Of a stretch of 64,000 nt of DNA, positions 1 to 9,371 are shown in pieces. The position numbers and the translations under genes were made by a program. How positions within the stretch are numbered: the first letter of the stretch is position 1; each line of letters begins with the position of its first letter. Below the pieces are notes generated by a model. That model was not told the DNA's origin and did not search any database. It was given only the letters and a program-made list of their open reading frames with translations. Location: contig NZ_DATMGA010000028.1 in NCBI RefSeq assembly GCF_035555955.1, positions 106,402 through 170,401 of the forward strand. Reading direction: 5' to 3'. Source of the DNA: Eoetvoesiella sp. (GTDB lineage Bacteria > Pseudomonadota > Gammaproteobacteria > Burkholderiales > Burkholderiaceae_B).

Positions 1-229
1 TTTCCCCATCAAGGTCATGGGCAAGGCGCATCCCGACTTTGCGCAAACTCTGGTCGAAGTCGTTTTGCAGTACGACCCCGAATTCGATGCCGCAACGGTT
101 GAAATGCGGCCCAGCAAGAACGGCACCTACCTGGGGCTGACCTTTACGGTCAAGGCCACGTCGCGCGAGCAGCTGGACAATCTGTACCGTGCCCTGCACG
201 GCCATCCCATGGTGTCCATTGTTCTGTGA
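1..229 (+). CDS. ybeD: YbeD/DUF493 family protein (5' end lies outside the window)
   Basis: The frame is open from the window edge. ...FPIKVMGKAHPDF...HPMVSIVL aligns with E. coli YbeD (FTYKVMG...IVRMVL). It sits in the classic ybeD-lipB-lipA order. Confidence 0.8.
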   Translation, partial: FPIKVMGKAHPDFAQTLVEVVLQYDPEFDAATVEMRPSKNGTYLGLTFTVKATSREQLDNLYRALHGHPMVSIVL

Positions 230-307
230 TGGCGCCATGCCGCAAGCCCGCGTTCCTTGCTTCGATTCGCACGGTTCAAGCCTGTACATCCTGTTTGGCA
301 AAGAGTC

Positions 308-943
308 ATGATTGCGCATAAATGGTGGCCGCGTCCCGCGCCATATCTGGAAGTCTGGCAGGCCATGCGGGACTACACCGAGGGGCGCGACGCCCAGTCG
401 CCCGACGCCATCTGGCTGGTCGAGCACGAGCCCGTGTACACGCTGGGCCAGGCGGGCAAGCCCGAGCACATTCTCAATAGCGGCGCGATTCCCGTGGTGC
501 GCAGCAATCGCGGCGGGCAGGTTACCTACCATGGCCCGGGCCAGGTGGTGGCGTATTGCCTGGTCGACCTGCGCCGCGCCGGCCTGTTCGTGAAGGAATA
601 CGTGGCGCTGCTGGAAGACGTAACCATACGGTTGCTGGCCGACCTGGGCCTTGCCGGCGCCTGCCGCAAGCCGGGCGCGCCGGGGGTGTACGTGCCCATG
701 GCCGACCAGGGTGGCGAACTGGCCAAGATTGCCGCCCTGGGCATCAAGGTGCGCAATGGCTGCGCCTACCACGGCATTGCCTTGAACGTGGCCATGGATC
801 TTGCGCCTTACCTGGGCATCAACCCCTGCGGCTACGAGGGCCTGCGCACCGTGGATCTGGCGGTTTGCGGGGTGGATGCCACGGTGGAAGGGGTGGGCGA
901 AGAGCTGGCGCGCCGGCTGAGCGCGGCGATAAGCCGCTCGTAG
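308..943 (+). CDS. lipB: Octanoyltransferase LipB
   Basis: ATG at 308 gives [24 protein letters not shown]. LipB motifs [12 protein letters not shown] and KIAALGIKV are present. The TTG at 257 in the ORF track is probably an over-extension. Confidence 0.9.
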   Translation: MIAHKWWPRPAPYLEVWQAMRDYTEGRDAQSPDAIWLVEHEPVYTLGQAGKPEHILNSGAIPVVRSNRGGQVTYHGPGQVVAYCLVDLRRAGLFVKEYVALLEDVTIRLLADLGLAGACRKPGAPGVYVPMADQGGELAKIAALGIKVRNGCAYHGIALNVAMDLAPYLGINPCGYEGLRTVDLAVCGVDATVEGVGEELARRLSAAISRS

Positions 944-1112
944 AAAGTGTGGCGGAATATCCTTCCGGTATAAGGGTTTTCCTGCGGGGATTTTGCCGGC
1001 GCGTTAAAATAGCTTGGTTCGCGCTACCGTGCGGGCATGTGTTCATGCCACGGCCCATGTGGCCGCCTATCTTTTTACGCATGGGGCCAAAAGCCTACAT
1101 GCAGGAATGTAT

Positions 1113-2117
1113 ATGACTACTCCGGTTGACCAGCCTTCCCCTCGTCCTCGCGTCGTTCCCGCCCAGCCGGGGTATGACCCCACCCAAAAACAAAAGTCCG
1201 AGGCGAAGACGTCGCGCATTCCCATCAAGGTGGTCCAGGCCGAACGCCTTAAAAAGCCCGACTGGATCCGTGTAAAGGCGGCCTTGCCCGGCTCGCGCTT
1301 CCACGACATCAAGCGCATATTACGCGAACATAAACTGCATACCGTGTGCGAAGAAGCCTCTTGTCCTAATATCGGGGAATGCTTCGGCAAGGGCACGGCC
1401 ACGTTCATGATCATGGGCGACAAGTGCACGCGCCGCTGCCCCTTCTGTGACGTGGGCCACGGCCGCCCCGACGCCCTGGACGTGAACGAGCCCGAAAACC
1501 TGGCGCGCACCATTGCCGCGCTCAAGCTTTCCTATGTGGTCATTACCTCGGTCGACCGCGACGACCTGCGCGACGGCGGCGCCGGCCATTTCGTCGAATG
1601 CATACGCAAGGTGCGCGAATTGTCGCCCTCCACGCGCATCGAAGTGCTGGTGCCCGACTTCCGCGGCCGCCTCGACCGCGCGCTGGAAATCCTCAACGGC
1701 GGGCCTCCCGACGTCATGAACCACAACCTGGAAACCGTGCCCCGCCTGTACAAGCAGGCGCGCCCCGGTTCGGACTACAACCATTCTCTAAAGCTGCTGT
1801 CCGAATTCAAGGCGCTGTACCCGCACGTGCCCACCAAGTCGGGCCTTATGCTGGGCCTGGGCGAGTCCGACGAAGAAATCCTGCAAGTCATGCGCGACCT
1901 GCGCGCGCACAATGTCGACATGCTTACCATCGGCCAGTATCTGCAGCCGTCCGAACACCACCTGCCGGTGCTGCGCTATGCGCACCCCGACACCTTCAAG
2001 ATGTTCGAACGCGAAGCCTACGCCATGGGCTTCACCCACGCCGCCGTAGGCGCCATGGTGCGATCTTCCTACCACGCCGACGAACAGGCGCACGCCGCGG
2101 GCGTGGAAGGGATTTAA
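1113..2117 (+). CDS. lipA: Lipoyl synthase LipA (radical SAM)
   Basis: Contains [12 protein letters not shown] (auxiliary cluster) and CTRRCPFC (radical-SAM CxxxCxxC). ATG 1113 (MTTPVDQ) was chosen; the upstream part of the tracked ORF lacks LipA-like sequence. Confidence 0.92.
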   Translation: MTTPVDQPSPRPRVVPAQPGYDPTQKQKSEAKTSRIPIKVVQAERLKKPDWIRVKAALPGSRFHDIKRILREHKLHTVCEEASCPNIGECFGKGTATFMIMGDKCTRRCPFCDVGHGRPDALDVNEPENLARTIAALKLSYVVITSVDRDDLRDGGAGHFVECIRKVRELSPSTRIEVLVPDFRGRLDRALEILNGGPPDVMNHNLETVPRLYKQARPGSDYNHSLKLLSEFKALYPHVPTKSGLMLGLGESDEEILQVMRDLRAHNVDMLTIGQYLQPSEHHLPVLRYAHPDTFKMFEREAYAMGFTHAAVGAMVRSSYHADEQAHAAGVEGI

Positions 2118-2151
2118 CGCGACACGGGCATCTGCCCGCCCGCTGCCGATT

Positions 2152-3108
2152 TCAAGCTTGCGGCCTGCTCTCTCCGAACGGTATCACCCCGGGGGGGCGG
2201 GCCGATTTGATATGCTGCGTGAGTTCGAGCTGGAATGGCGAGAATTCCTTGTCTTTGCGGTGTACCAGATAAAGCGGAATTGACATTGCGAGGCCGGGGG
2301 TATGCACGGATCGTAGTTCGCCGCGGGTAATGCTGTTGATCACTGACGATTTGAAAAAGAAACAGACGCCCACGTCGCGGCGCACGGCTTCTTTCTGAGC
2401 CTCTGGGTGTCCAAGCGCCATTACGACACGCCGGGAGGTTACGCCGTTGGCCCGCAGTTGCCCTTCTTCGAGTTTTTGCATTACCGAACTGTTGTTCGTG
2501 CTGATGAACGGCAATTGAGATATCTGGTCTCGCTGCACTTCATTTCCCACCCATTGGCTGTCGATTGCGCTGGCCAAAAGCAGGGGCTCGTCCCATAGGG
2601 GATGCAGAACCAGGCCGTCGAGGTTCTGGTCGGGCGAAATAATCACCACGGCAAAGTCGCTTGCGCCCGTTCGCGTTTCTTCGAGCGCGACCTGCGGGTT
2701 TGATATCGACAGTTTCACCATGCCGTCGGGATGGCTGGCCTGGAAGTTGCAGAGGATGCCAGGCAGCTGGTAAGTGCCCACGCTCATGGACGAGGCGATT
2801 ACGACGCCGGGCACGTTGGGGGCTGAACCGCTTAATTCCCGTTCGAGCTCGCGTGTTCGCGTGACCATTTCCCGGGCCCATTTGTGGACCCGGATCCCCG
2901 CCTGAGTCAATACGATGCCGCGTCTTTCGCGGCGTATCAACTTGGTTCCCAGTTTGTCTTCGAGGGTTTGAATATGGGAGGTGATGACGGGCTGGGTGAC
3001 GCAGAGATAGTCCGAAGCGCGCGTAATGCTCTGCAGCTCCGCCACGGCGCAAAAAACCTCGAGTTTTTGAATACTTAGACGGGTATCGAAGCCTCGCATT
3101 GCAAGCAT
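2152..3108 (-). CDS. LysR family transcriptional regulator
   Basis: N-terminal wHTH (LSIQKLEVFCAVAELQSITRASDYLCVTQPVITSHIQTLE) and a ~300 aa length. It is divergent from the 3271-9361 operon. Confidence 0.88.
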   Translation of the reverse strand: MLAMRGFDTRLSIQKLEVFCAVAELQSITRASDYLCVTQPVITSHIQTLEDKLGTKLIRRERRGIVLTQAGIRVHKWAREMVTRTRELERELSGSAPNVPGVVIASSMSVGTYQLPGILCNFQASHPDGMVKLSISNPQVALEETRTGASDFAVVIISPDQNLDGLVLHPLWDEPLLLASAIDSQWVGNEVQRDQISQLPFISTNNSSVMQKLEEGQLRANGVTSRRVVMALGHPEAQKEAVRRDVGVCFFFKSSVINSITRGELRSVHTPGLAMSIPLYLVHRKDKEFSPFQLELTQHIKSARPPGVIPFGESRPQA

Positions 3109-3122
3109 CCTGAAAATATCAT

Positions 3123-3144
3123 GATATAGCCATATGGCTATATC
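3123..3144. promoter_or_regulatory. Perfect 22-bp palindrome GATATAGCCATATGGCTATATC, candidate LysR (T-N11-A type) operator
   Basis: Read directly in the AT-rich divergent intergenic region between the LysR gene and the GMC oxidoreductase gene. It contains TATAGCCATATGGCTATA dyad symmetry. Confidence 0.55.
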
Positions 3145-3270
3145 TTAGTGACTTATTTTCGATTGGACGTATATCTTTAGTCAACATAAAGTGTGCTTGA
3201 CGCAGGAGTATCGGCAAGATCGGCTGAGTTTGTCGGCTTTCCGCGCCGCCACGAAATCACAAGGTTTTGG

Positions 3271-4923
3271 ATGACATTGATGCGCGCCCATGGGAACAGG
3301 ACGGTTGAGTACGATTACATAATCGTTGGTGCGGGGTCGGCCGGCTGCACGCTTGCATATCGACTGGGCATGGATCCGGGTTTGAGGATTCTATTGCTGG
3401 AGGCGGGCGGATCCGATAGTTCGCCAGTCATCAAGATACCCCTGACTTGGGGGCTGATTTTGAAGCACCGGCTTTACGATTGGGGCTACTTTACCGAGCC
3501 CGAGCCGGGGCTGGATGGCCGGCGCATCGAATGCGCGCGCGGGCGTGTTCTGGGCGGCTGCACGTCCATCAATGGCATGGCCTATGCGAGGGGCATGCGC
3601 GAGGACTACGACCAGTGGGCGCAGGAGCTTGGGCTGCACGATTGGTCATACCGCAAAGTTCTGCCTTACTTCAAGCGCAGCGAGTCGTGGGAGGGCGGCG
3701 CGGATGAATTCCGCGGCGATTCGGGGCCTCTTGCCGTGACGCGCTTGAACTACGAAGACCCATTGCTGGATGCATTCATGCAAGCCGTCGAGCTTGCGGG
3801 CTACCCGGACAACGATGACTACAACGGGATCAGCGCGGATGGGTTCGGGCCGATGCAGGCCACTATCCGCCGCGGCCGCCGCTGGAGTGCGGCTTCCGCC
3901 TACTTGCGGCCGGCAGTGGCCCGGAAAAACGTGACGGTATGCTCGGGAGCTCTAGCGCATAAAGTGGTTTTCGAGGGCGGCCGCGCCGTGGGAGTCGAAT
4001 ACTCGAGCGGCGGCGGGACGGAACTGGCGCGTGCCAGCCGGGAGGTCATTGTGTGCGGCGGGGTCATCAATTCGCCGCAGTTATTGATGCTGTCCGGTAT
4101 CGGCAAGGCGGATGCATTGCGCGCCCATGGCATCGAGCCTCTCGTCGATTTGCCGGGTGTGGGCGAGAACCTGCATGACCATATCGTTTGCGACGTCCAG
4201 TGGCGCCGCAGTTCGCCCGGGCCTTTGTACCGCGCGTTGCGGCTGGATCGGATTGCAGTCGATATTCTGCGGACCTGGCTGTTCGGCACCGGGCTGTCCG
4301 GGAAAGTGCCTGCGGCGTCCGTGGGGCTGGTGCGGAGCCGTCCCGGGCTGGAGCTGCCGGATGCCCAGTTGATGCTGGCGGCCGCGCCGATGACGGCAGG
4401 GCCTTATCTTAAGCCGTTTCTCGAGCCTTACGTCGATGCGTTTGCCATCAAGGGCGTATTCCTGGCTCCCGAAAGCCGGGGCACGGTCAGGCTTGCTGGT
4501 TCGGATCCCGCGAAGCCTGCCCGGATTCAGCAGAATTTCCTTTCCACGGAGTCGGATCGTCTTGCTGTTCGCGAGATGGTTCGCACGATGCGCCGCATCG
4601 GCGAGCAGCCGCCGCTTGCTCCGTTCATCGCGGAAGAGCTGGCGCCCGGGCCGTCCGCCGTCGGCGATTCGGACATCGATGCGTTCATTCGAAAAACCGC
4701 CATTACGCTGCATCACCCGGCGGGGACGTGCAAGATGGCCGTGGAGGGCGATCCGATGGGGGTGCTGGATCAGCAATTGCGGGTACGTGGCGTGGACGGG
4801 TTGAGAGTGGTCGACGGATCGGCGATACCGAAAATTGTCAGAGGGCCGATCAATGCTCCCATCATCATGATGGCAGAGAAGACCGCCGACCATATTCTTG
4901 GGCTTGATGCTTTGGTTTCATGA
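3271..4923 (+). CDS. GMC family FAD-dependent oxidoreductase (choline/alcohol dehydrogenase-like)
   Basis: YDYIIVGAGSAGC Rossmann motif near the N-terminus and the GMC signatures GGCTSINGM and HPAGTCKM near the C-terminus. ATG 3271 is preceded by AAGG; the tracked start at 3193 is less likely. Confidence 0.88.
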   Translation: MTLMRAHGNRTVEYDYIIVGAGSAGCTLAYRLGMDPGLRILLLEAGGSDSSPVIKIPLTWGLILKHRLYDWGYFTEPEPGLDGRRIECARGRVLGGCTSINGMAYARGMREDYDQWAQELGLHDWSYRKVLPYFKRSESWEGGADEFRGDSGPLAVTRLNYEDPLLDAFMQAVELAGYPDNDDYNGISADGFGPMQATIRRGRRWSAASAYLRPAVARKNVTVCSGALAHKVVFEGGRAVGVEYSSGGGTELARASREVIVCGGVINSPQLLMLSGIGKADALRAHGIEPLVDLPGVGENLHDHIVCDVQWRRSSPGPLYRALRLDRIAVDILRTWLFGTGLSGKVPAASVGLVRSRPGLELPDAQLMLAAAPMTAGPYLKPFLEPYVDAFAIKGVFLAPESRGTVRLAGSDPAKPARIQQNFLSTESDRLAVREMVRTMRRIGEQPPLAPFIAEELAPGPSAVGDSDIDAFIRKTAITLHHPAGTCKMAVEGDPMGVLDQQLRVRGVDGLRVVDGSAIPKIVRGPINAPIIMMAEKTADHILGLDALVS

Positions 4924-4965
4924 AGGAAAGACGGAATTTCAAATAGAGGACAGGAGATAAACAGC

Positions 4966-7065
4966 ATGAGTTACGTTATTGGCATCGATACTGGCGGAAC
5001 TTTTACGGATGGGTTTGTGGCGGGCGAGAATGGAACGATCGCCGCTGCAAAGAGCCCTTCGACGCCACCTGATTTTTCACGCGGATTTCTTGCCGTCATC
5101 GACGAGCTGGCGAAGGAGCTGGGGATCCAGACTTCAGAGTTGCTGGGCAGGACCCAATACATCATTCACGGGACGACGTCCACGTTGAATGCGGTGGTCA
5201 CGGGCGATGTGGCGAAGGTGGGGTTCCTGACCACCCGCGGCCATGCTGATTCGATCGCGATGATGAATCTGGAGGGACGGTATGTCGGGCTGGATCCAGA
5301 AAAAATCCAGAACATATCCAGGACGAACAAGCCCGAGCCCCTGGTGCCTCGGTCGTTGGTCGAGGAGATTGACGAGCGGGTCGATTACAAAGGCGCCGTG
5401 GTTGTTCCTTTGGATGAAGATGGCGTGCGCAGCGCTGTGGACAGGTTGATGAAGCAGGGTGTGGAAGCCATTGCGGTTTCGCTGTTATGGTCATTTCGCA
5501 ATCCGGCCCATGAAACCCGTATCCGTGAAATCGTCAACGAGATGGCGCCAGGCATGTATGTTGCCGTATCTCATGAAATAAGCCCGCGCATACGCGAATA
5601 TACGCGCAGCTCGACCACCATCGTCAATACGCAGGTCGGCCCCAAGCTGGCCGCCTATCTCGACCCATTGGAAGCCGAGCTCAGGAAACGGGGCCTGGCA
5701 GGGTCGCTTCTCGTGATGCAGGGATCCGGCGGATGCGTCCAAGCCGCTCATGCCCCCAAGCACGCCGTGAGCACCCTGGGGTCGGTACTGACCGGCGGAG
5801 TGGTGGGGTGCCTGCATCTTGCGCAAGCGCTGGGGCATGAAAACATTATTTCGACGGATATGGGGGGGACGACATTCCTGGTCGGGCTGATCCAGGACGG
5901 AAAGCCGATTACGACGACTACGACGGTCTTGAACCAGCATCAGATCAATACGCCGATGGTGGACGTGCAGACGATAGGGGCGGGCGGGGGCGCCATCGCC
6001 TGGATCGATGGCGGCGGGAACCTTCGCGTCGGGCCGCGCAGCGCGGGCGCCAGGCCAGGCCCTGTATGTTATGGAGAAGGGGGCGTCGAGCCGACGGTGA
6101 CGGATGCCGATCTGGTTCTTGGAATCATCAACCCGGATAATTTTCTTGGAGGCCGCAAGAAGCTATCGAGGAAATTGGCGGAAGATGCGATCCGTACCAA
6201 GATCGCGGAGCCCTTGGGCCTTACCGTGGAGGAAGGCGCCGCGGCCATATACACGATACAAAATGCCCAAACTGCTGATCTTGTGCGCAAGGTCGTCGTC
6301 AATAGCGGGCACGATCCCCGCGACTTCGTCATTTATTCGTTTGGCGGGGCCGGCCCTGTGCATGCGGCAAGCTATTCGGCGGATATCGGCTCGCGCGAAG
6401 TCTTGATTCCCCTGGGAACAACCGCGGCCGTGTTTTCCGCATACGGCCTTGCATCGTCGGACATCGTGCTGACCGCCGAAGCTTCGGATCCGTCGAACTG
6501 GCCGGTCGAGCCTGCGACGATCAACGAGCGCTACGAGAAACTGGAGCAGGAACTTCGCAGCCGCATGCAAGAGCAAGGCCTGGACTTCCAGAAAGTCGAC
6601 TATGTTCGCGAGGCCGAGATCCGCTACACGATGCAGATGGCGGAGGTGACCACTCCCGTTCCCTCCGGCGTACTGGATGCGAAGGCCATCGAGGGAGTCG
6701 GCCGAACCTTCGAGGCCTTGTACGAGCGGCTTTATGGCAAAGGCTCGGGGTTCGCCGATGCCGGGCTGCAGGTGATCACCTATCGGGTGCGCGCTGTGGG
6801 CGCGCTACCCATCCGTACAGCGCTTCCCGATTTCGAGAATGCCACGGGCGTTCCCCAAAGCAGCGGCACGCGCCGGGTCTTCCTGGATGTCAGGAAGGGC
6901 TGGCAGGAAACCAGGATCTATGACTATCGCGCCCTGAAGACGGGCGCCCAGGTCGACGGCCCAGCCGTTGTCGAGACGCCCACCACCACCATTGCCGTAC
7001 CGGAAGGGAGCCGTGGCACGGTCGATCGACTGGGCAACTTGGTATTACGGCTTGCCGCCGCTTAA
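4966..7065 (+). CDS. Hydantoinase A/oxoprolinase family protein (HyuA / acetone carboxylase beta-like)
   Basis: 699 aa with N-terminal IGIDTGGTFTD and an internal DMGGTTF ASKHA-fold ATPase motif. A strong SD (AGGAG) precedes the ATG. Confidence 0.88.
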   Translation: MSYVIGIDTGGTFTDGFVAGENGTIAAAKSPSTPPDFSRGFLAVIDELAKELGIQTSELLGRTQYIIHGTTSTLNAVVTGDVAKVGFLTTRGHADSIAMMNLEGRYVGLDPEKIQNISRTNKPEPLVPRSLVEEIDERVDYKGAVVVPLDEDGVRSAVDRLMKQGVEAIAVSLLWSFRNPAHETRIREIVNEMAPGMYVAVSHEISPRIREYTRSSTTIVNTQVGPKLAAYLDPLEAELRKRGLAGSLLVMQGSGGCVQAAHAPKHAVSTLGSVLTGGVVGCLHLAQALGHENIISTDMGGTTFLVGLIQDGKPITTTTTVLNQHQINTPMVDVQTIGAGGGAIAWIDGGGNLRVGPRSAGARPGPVCYGEGGVEPTVTDADLVLGIINPDNFLGGRKKLSRKLAEDAIRTKIAEPLGLTVEEGAAAIYTIQNAQTADLVRKVVVNSGHDPRDFVIYSFGGAGPVHAASYSADIGSREVLIPLGTTAAVFSAYGLASSDIVLTAEASDPSNWPVEPATINERYEKLEQELRSRMQEQGLDFQKVDYVREAEIRYTMQMAEVTTPVPSGVLDAKAIEGVGRTFEALYERLYGKGSGFADAGLQVITYRVRAVGALPIRTALPDFENATGVPQSSGTRRVFLDVRKGWQETRIYDYRALKTGAQVDGPAVVETPTTTIAVPEGSRGTVDRLGNLVLRLAAA

Positions 7066-7086
7066 TTCAATTATCAAGGAGACATC

Positions 7087-9060
7087 ATGCCGTTAATCAA
7101 TATAGCGGGGTCCGAGCGATTCGCCTACCAGCTGAAACCCTCCGCGCAAACCAGGGAATTGGCGCGTGGGCTCACGCTGCATTCAGTCAGCGACGACGAT
7201 GTGGCGGGGGTAGATCCGCTGACGTACGAGGTGATTCGACACCGGCTGGCGTCCATCGCCGGGGAAATGGGCGATGCGCTCAAGCGCATGTCCGGCTCGG
7301 TCGTGGTCACGGATTGCAACGATTTTGGAGCCACTATTCTGGACGAATGCGGCGACTCGGTGATTGTTGGGCTTTACAACACCCAGCTGGCCGCATCGGT
7401 CGATATGGCGGTCAAGTGGACGCTGGAGAACCGGGGAGTGAATCCGGGCATCCGGCCCGGCGATATGTTTTTCTGCAACGATCCATGGATAGGCGGCGGC
7501 CTGCATCAGAACGACGCCACGATCATGGCGCCGCTTTTTCACGAAGGCGAGCTATTCGGCTGGACGGCGGCAGTTTGCCACCAAGTGGATCTGGGTGGCG
7601 TGTCTCCCGGGAGCTGGTCGGTCGAGGGCCGGGATGTATTTTGGGAATCGACGCCCGTTCCGCCCGTAAAGATCGTGGAAGAGGGGGAAATCCGTAGTGA
7701 TATCGAAGATATGTATTTGCGGCGCTCGAGAGTGCCGCGCCTGATCGCGCTCGATCTGCGCGCGAAGATCGGCGCCAACAATATTGCGCAGGAACGCTTG
7801 ACGCAGTTGATTGCCAAGTACAGCGCCAAGACCGTCAAAGCGGTGATGAAGCGCATGATGAACGATGCCGAGAGCCGTCTCAGGGCGAAGTTGCTGGAGC
7901 TTCCCGATGGCGAGTGGTCGGGCGTGGCGCATCAGGATTCGTTCCGCAGCGGAGACCGCAACGTATACAAGATCACCCTGAAGATGACGAAAAAGGGAGA
8001 CCGCCTGACGTTCGACTTCACCGGCACCGACAAAGAGGTCGAGGGATTCGCCAATTGCACTCTCGCCGGGTTGAGGGGAGGGATCATGCCGATAGTGCTG
8101 ACCATGCTTTGCGGCGACATTCCGTGGGCTCCGGGCGGGCTTTACCGGTGTTTCGACATCATCAGCGAGCCCGGCACCATCAATAATTGCAATTTTCCCG
8201 CGGGCATTGGCAAGGCTTCTGTAGCATCGGCCTGGGCCACGCAGAATGTCGTTTCCGAAACGGTCGGAACCATGCTGTCCATTCATCCCGAGCATCGCAA
8301 GTCGCTGATGTGCGTGTGCTGCGGAACCTGGGACTTGGCATTGCTGGCCGGCCTCGATCAAAGGGGCAACCCGTTCGTGACGATGATTTGCGACTCGATG
8401 GCGGGCGGCATGGGTGCGCGGGTGGATCAGGACGGCGTCGATACGGGCGGGCTCAATTGTATTCCGATGGGCCGGGTCGCCGACGTTGAAATCAACGAGT
8501 TCAGTTTCCCGATGCTTTATCTTTGGCGCAGGGAGGAAATGGACTCAGGCGGAGCGGGCCGGTTCAGGGGCGGCGCGGGTGGATCCAGTTGCTTCATTCC
8601 GTACGACTCTCCCATAGGCGGCGTGCATCTGGTCGTTTCGGCGACGGGCAAGGCCTTGCCGCAGGCAACCGGGCTGAGCGGGGGCTATCCCGCGGGCACG
8701 CAATACGATGTGCTGTTGCGAGACACGAATGCCAGGCAGATGCTGGCGGCTGGCCGGATCCCGGGCGCTCTGGACGATTTGCAGGGAACTGCCGAGGTGT
8801 TGCAGCAGCATCTGGAAACCCATCTGAACGATGGCGATGTGTACTTCACCCATTGGCAAGGCGGCGGTGGCTATGGCGATCCGCTATTGCGAAACCCGAT
8901 TCTGGTTGCGCGCGACGTCGTTAGGCAGAAAGTGTCCAGGCGCGCCGCCATCGAAGTCTATGGCGTTGCCTTGGCTGAGAACGGAACCGTGGATGTTCCC
9001 GCAACGGAAGCGGCCAGGAAAGCATTGCGTGAAAAGCGCGCCGCTGAAGCGTTTCATTGA
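7087..9060 (+). CDS. Hydantoinase B/oxoprolinase family protein (HyuB / acetone carboxylase alpha-like)
   Basis: 657 aa with DPLTYEVIRHRL, the typical HyuB N-terminus. SD AAGGAG is present, and the gene starts 21 nt after the HyuA-like gene. Confidence 0.88.
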   Translation: MPLINIAGSERFAYQLKPSAQTRELARGLTLHSVSDDDVAGVDPLTYEVIRHRLASIAGEMGDALKRMSGSVVVTDCNDFGATILDECGDSVIVGLYNTQLAASVDMAVKWTLENRGVNPGIRPGDMFFCNDPWIGGGLHQNDATIMAPLFHEGELFGWTAAVCHQVDLGGVSPGSWSVEGRDVFWESTPVPPVKIVEEGEIRSDIEDMYLRRSRVPRLIALDLRAKIGANNIAQERLTQLIAKYSAKTVKAVMKRMMNDAESRLRAKLLELPDGEWSGVAHQDSFRSGDRNVYKITLKMTKKGDRLTFDFTGTDKEVEGFANCTLAGLRGGIMPIVLTMLCGDIPWAPGGLYRCFDIISEPGTINNCNFPAGIGKASVASAWATQNVVSETVGTMLSIHPEHRKSLMCVCCGTWDLALLAGLDQRGNPFVTMICDSMAGGMGARVDQDGVDTGGLNCIPMGRVADVEINEFSFPMLYLWRREEMDSGGAGRFRGGAGGSSCFIPYDSPIGGVHLVVSATGKALPQATGLSGGYPAGTQYDVLLRDTNARQMLAAGRIPGALDDLQGTAEVLQQHLETHLNDGDVYFTHWQGGGGYGDPLLRNPILVARDVVRQKVSRRAAIEVYGVALAENGTVDVPATEAARKALREKRAAEAFH

Positions 9061-9073
9061 CCAGGAGATAATC

Positions 9074-9361
9074 GTGAATTTCGACGACAACATCAAGCTG
9101 GCCGACGATGGTGTGTCCACCGTTTGCAGCCATTGTTCGGAAACGCTTGGCGATGCGCATGGCGACCCATTGGCGCATGCGCTCAGGCTGGAGCGGAAAT
9201 CCTCTGAACTAGGGCCCGGGATCCGGGCCGACCCTGGCTTGTTCACCGATAGGGAAATCGTTCTCAGGCAGCGATTCTGCCCAAAGTGCCTGGCGGTGCT
9301 TGCCACCGAAGTGGTTCCCCAGGACGAGGGCAAGTTGCGCAGCTGGAAGGTCTTTGGCTGA
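9074..9361 (+). CDS. Small Zn-ribbon protein, acetone carboxylase gamma subunit-like
   Basis: GTG at 9074 is preceded by AGGAGA and lies 13 nt after the HyuB stop. The 95-aa product has CSHC and CPKC pairs about 50 residues apart. The longer tracked ORF (8831) overlaps HyuB and is rejected. Confidence 0.65.
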   Translation: MNFDDNIKLADDGVSTVCSHCSETLGDAHGDPLAHALRLERKSSELGPGIRADPGLFTDREIVLRQRFCPKCLAVLATEVVPQDEGKLRSWKVFG

Positions 9362-9371
9362 AGGGCGCTGG

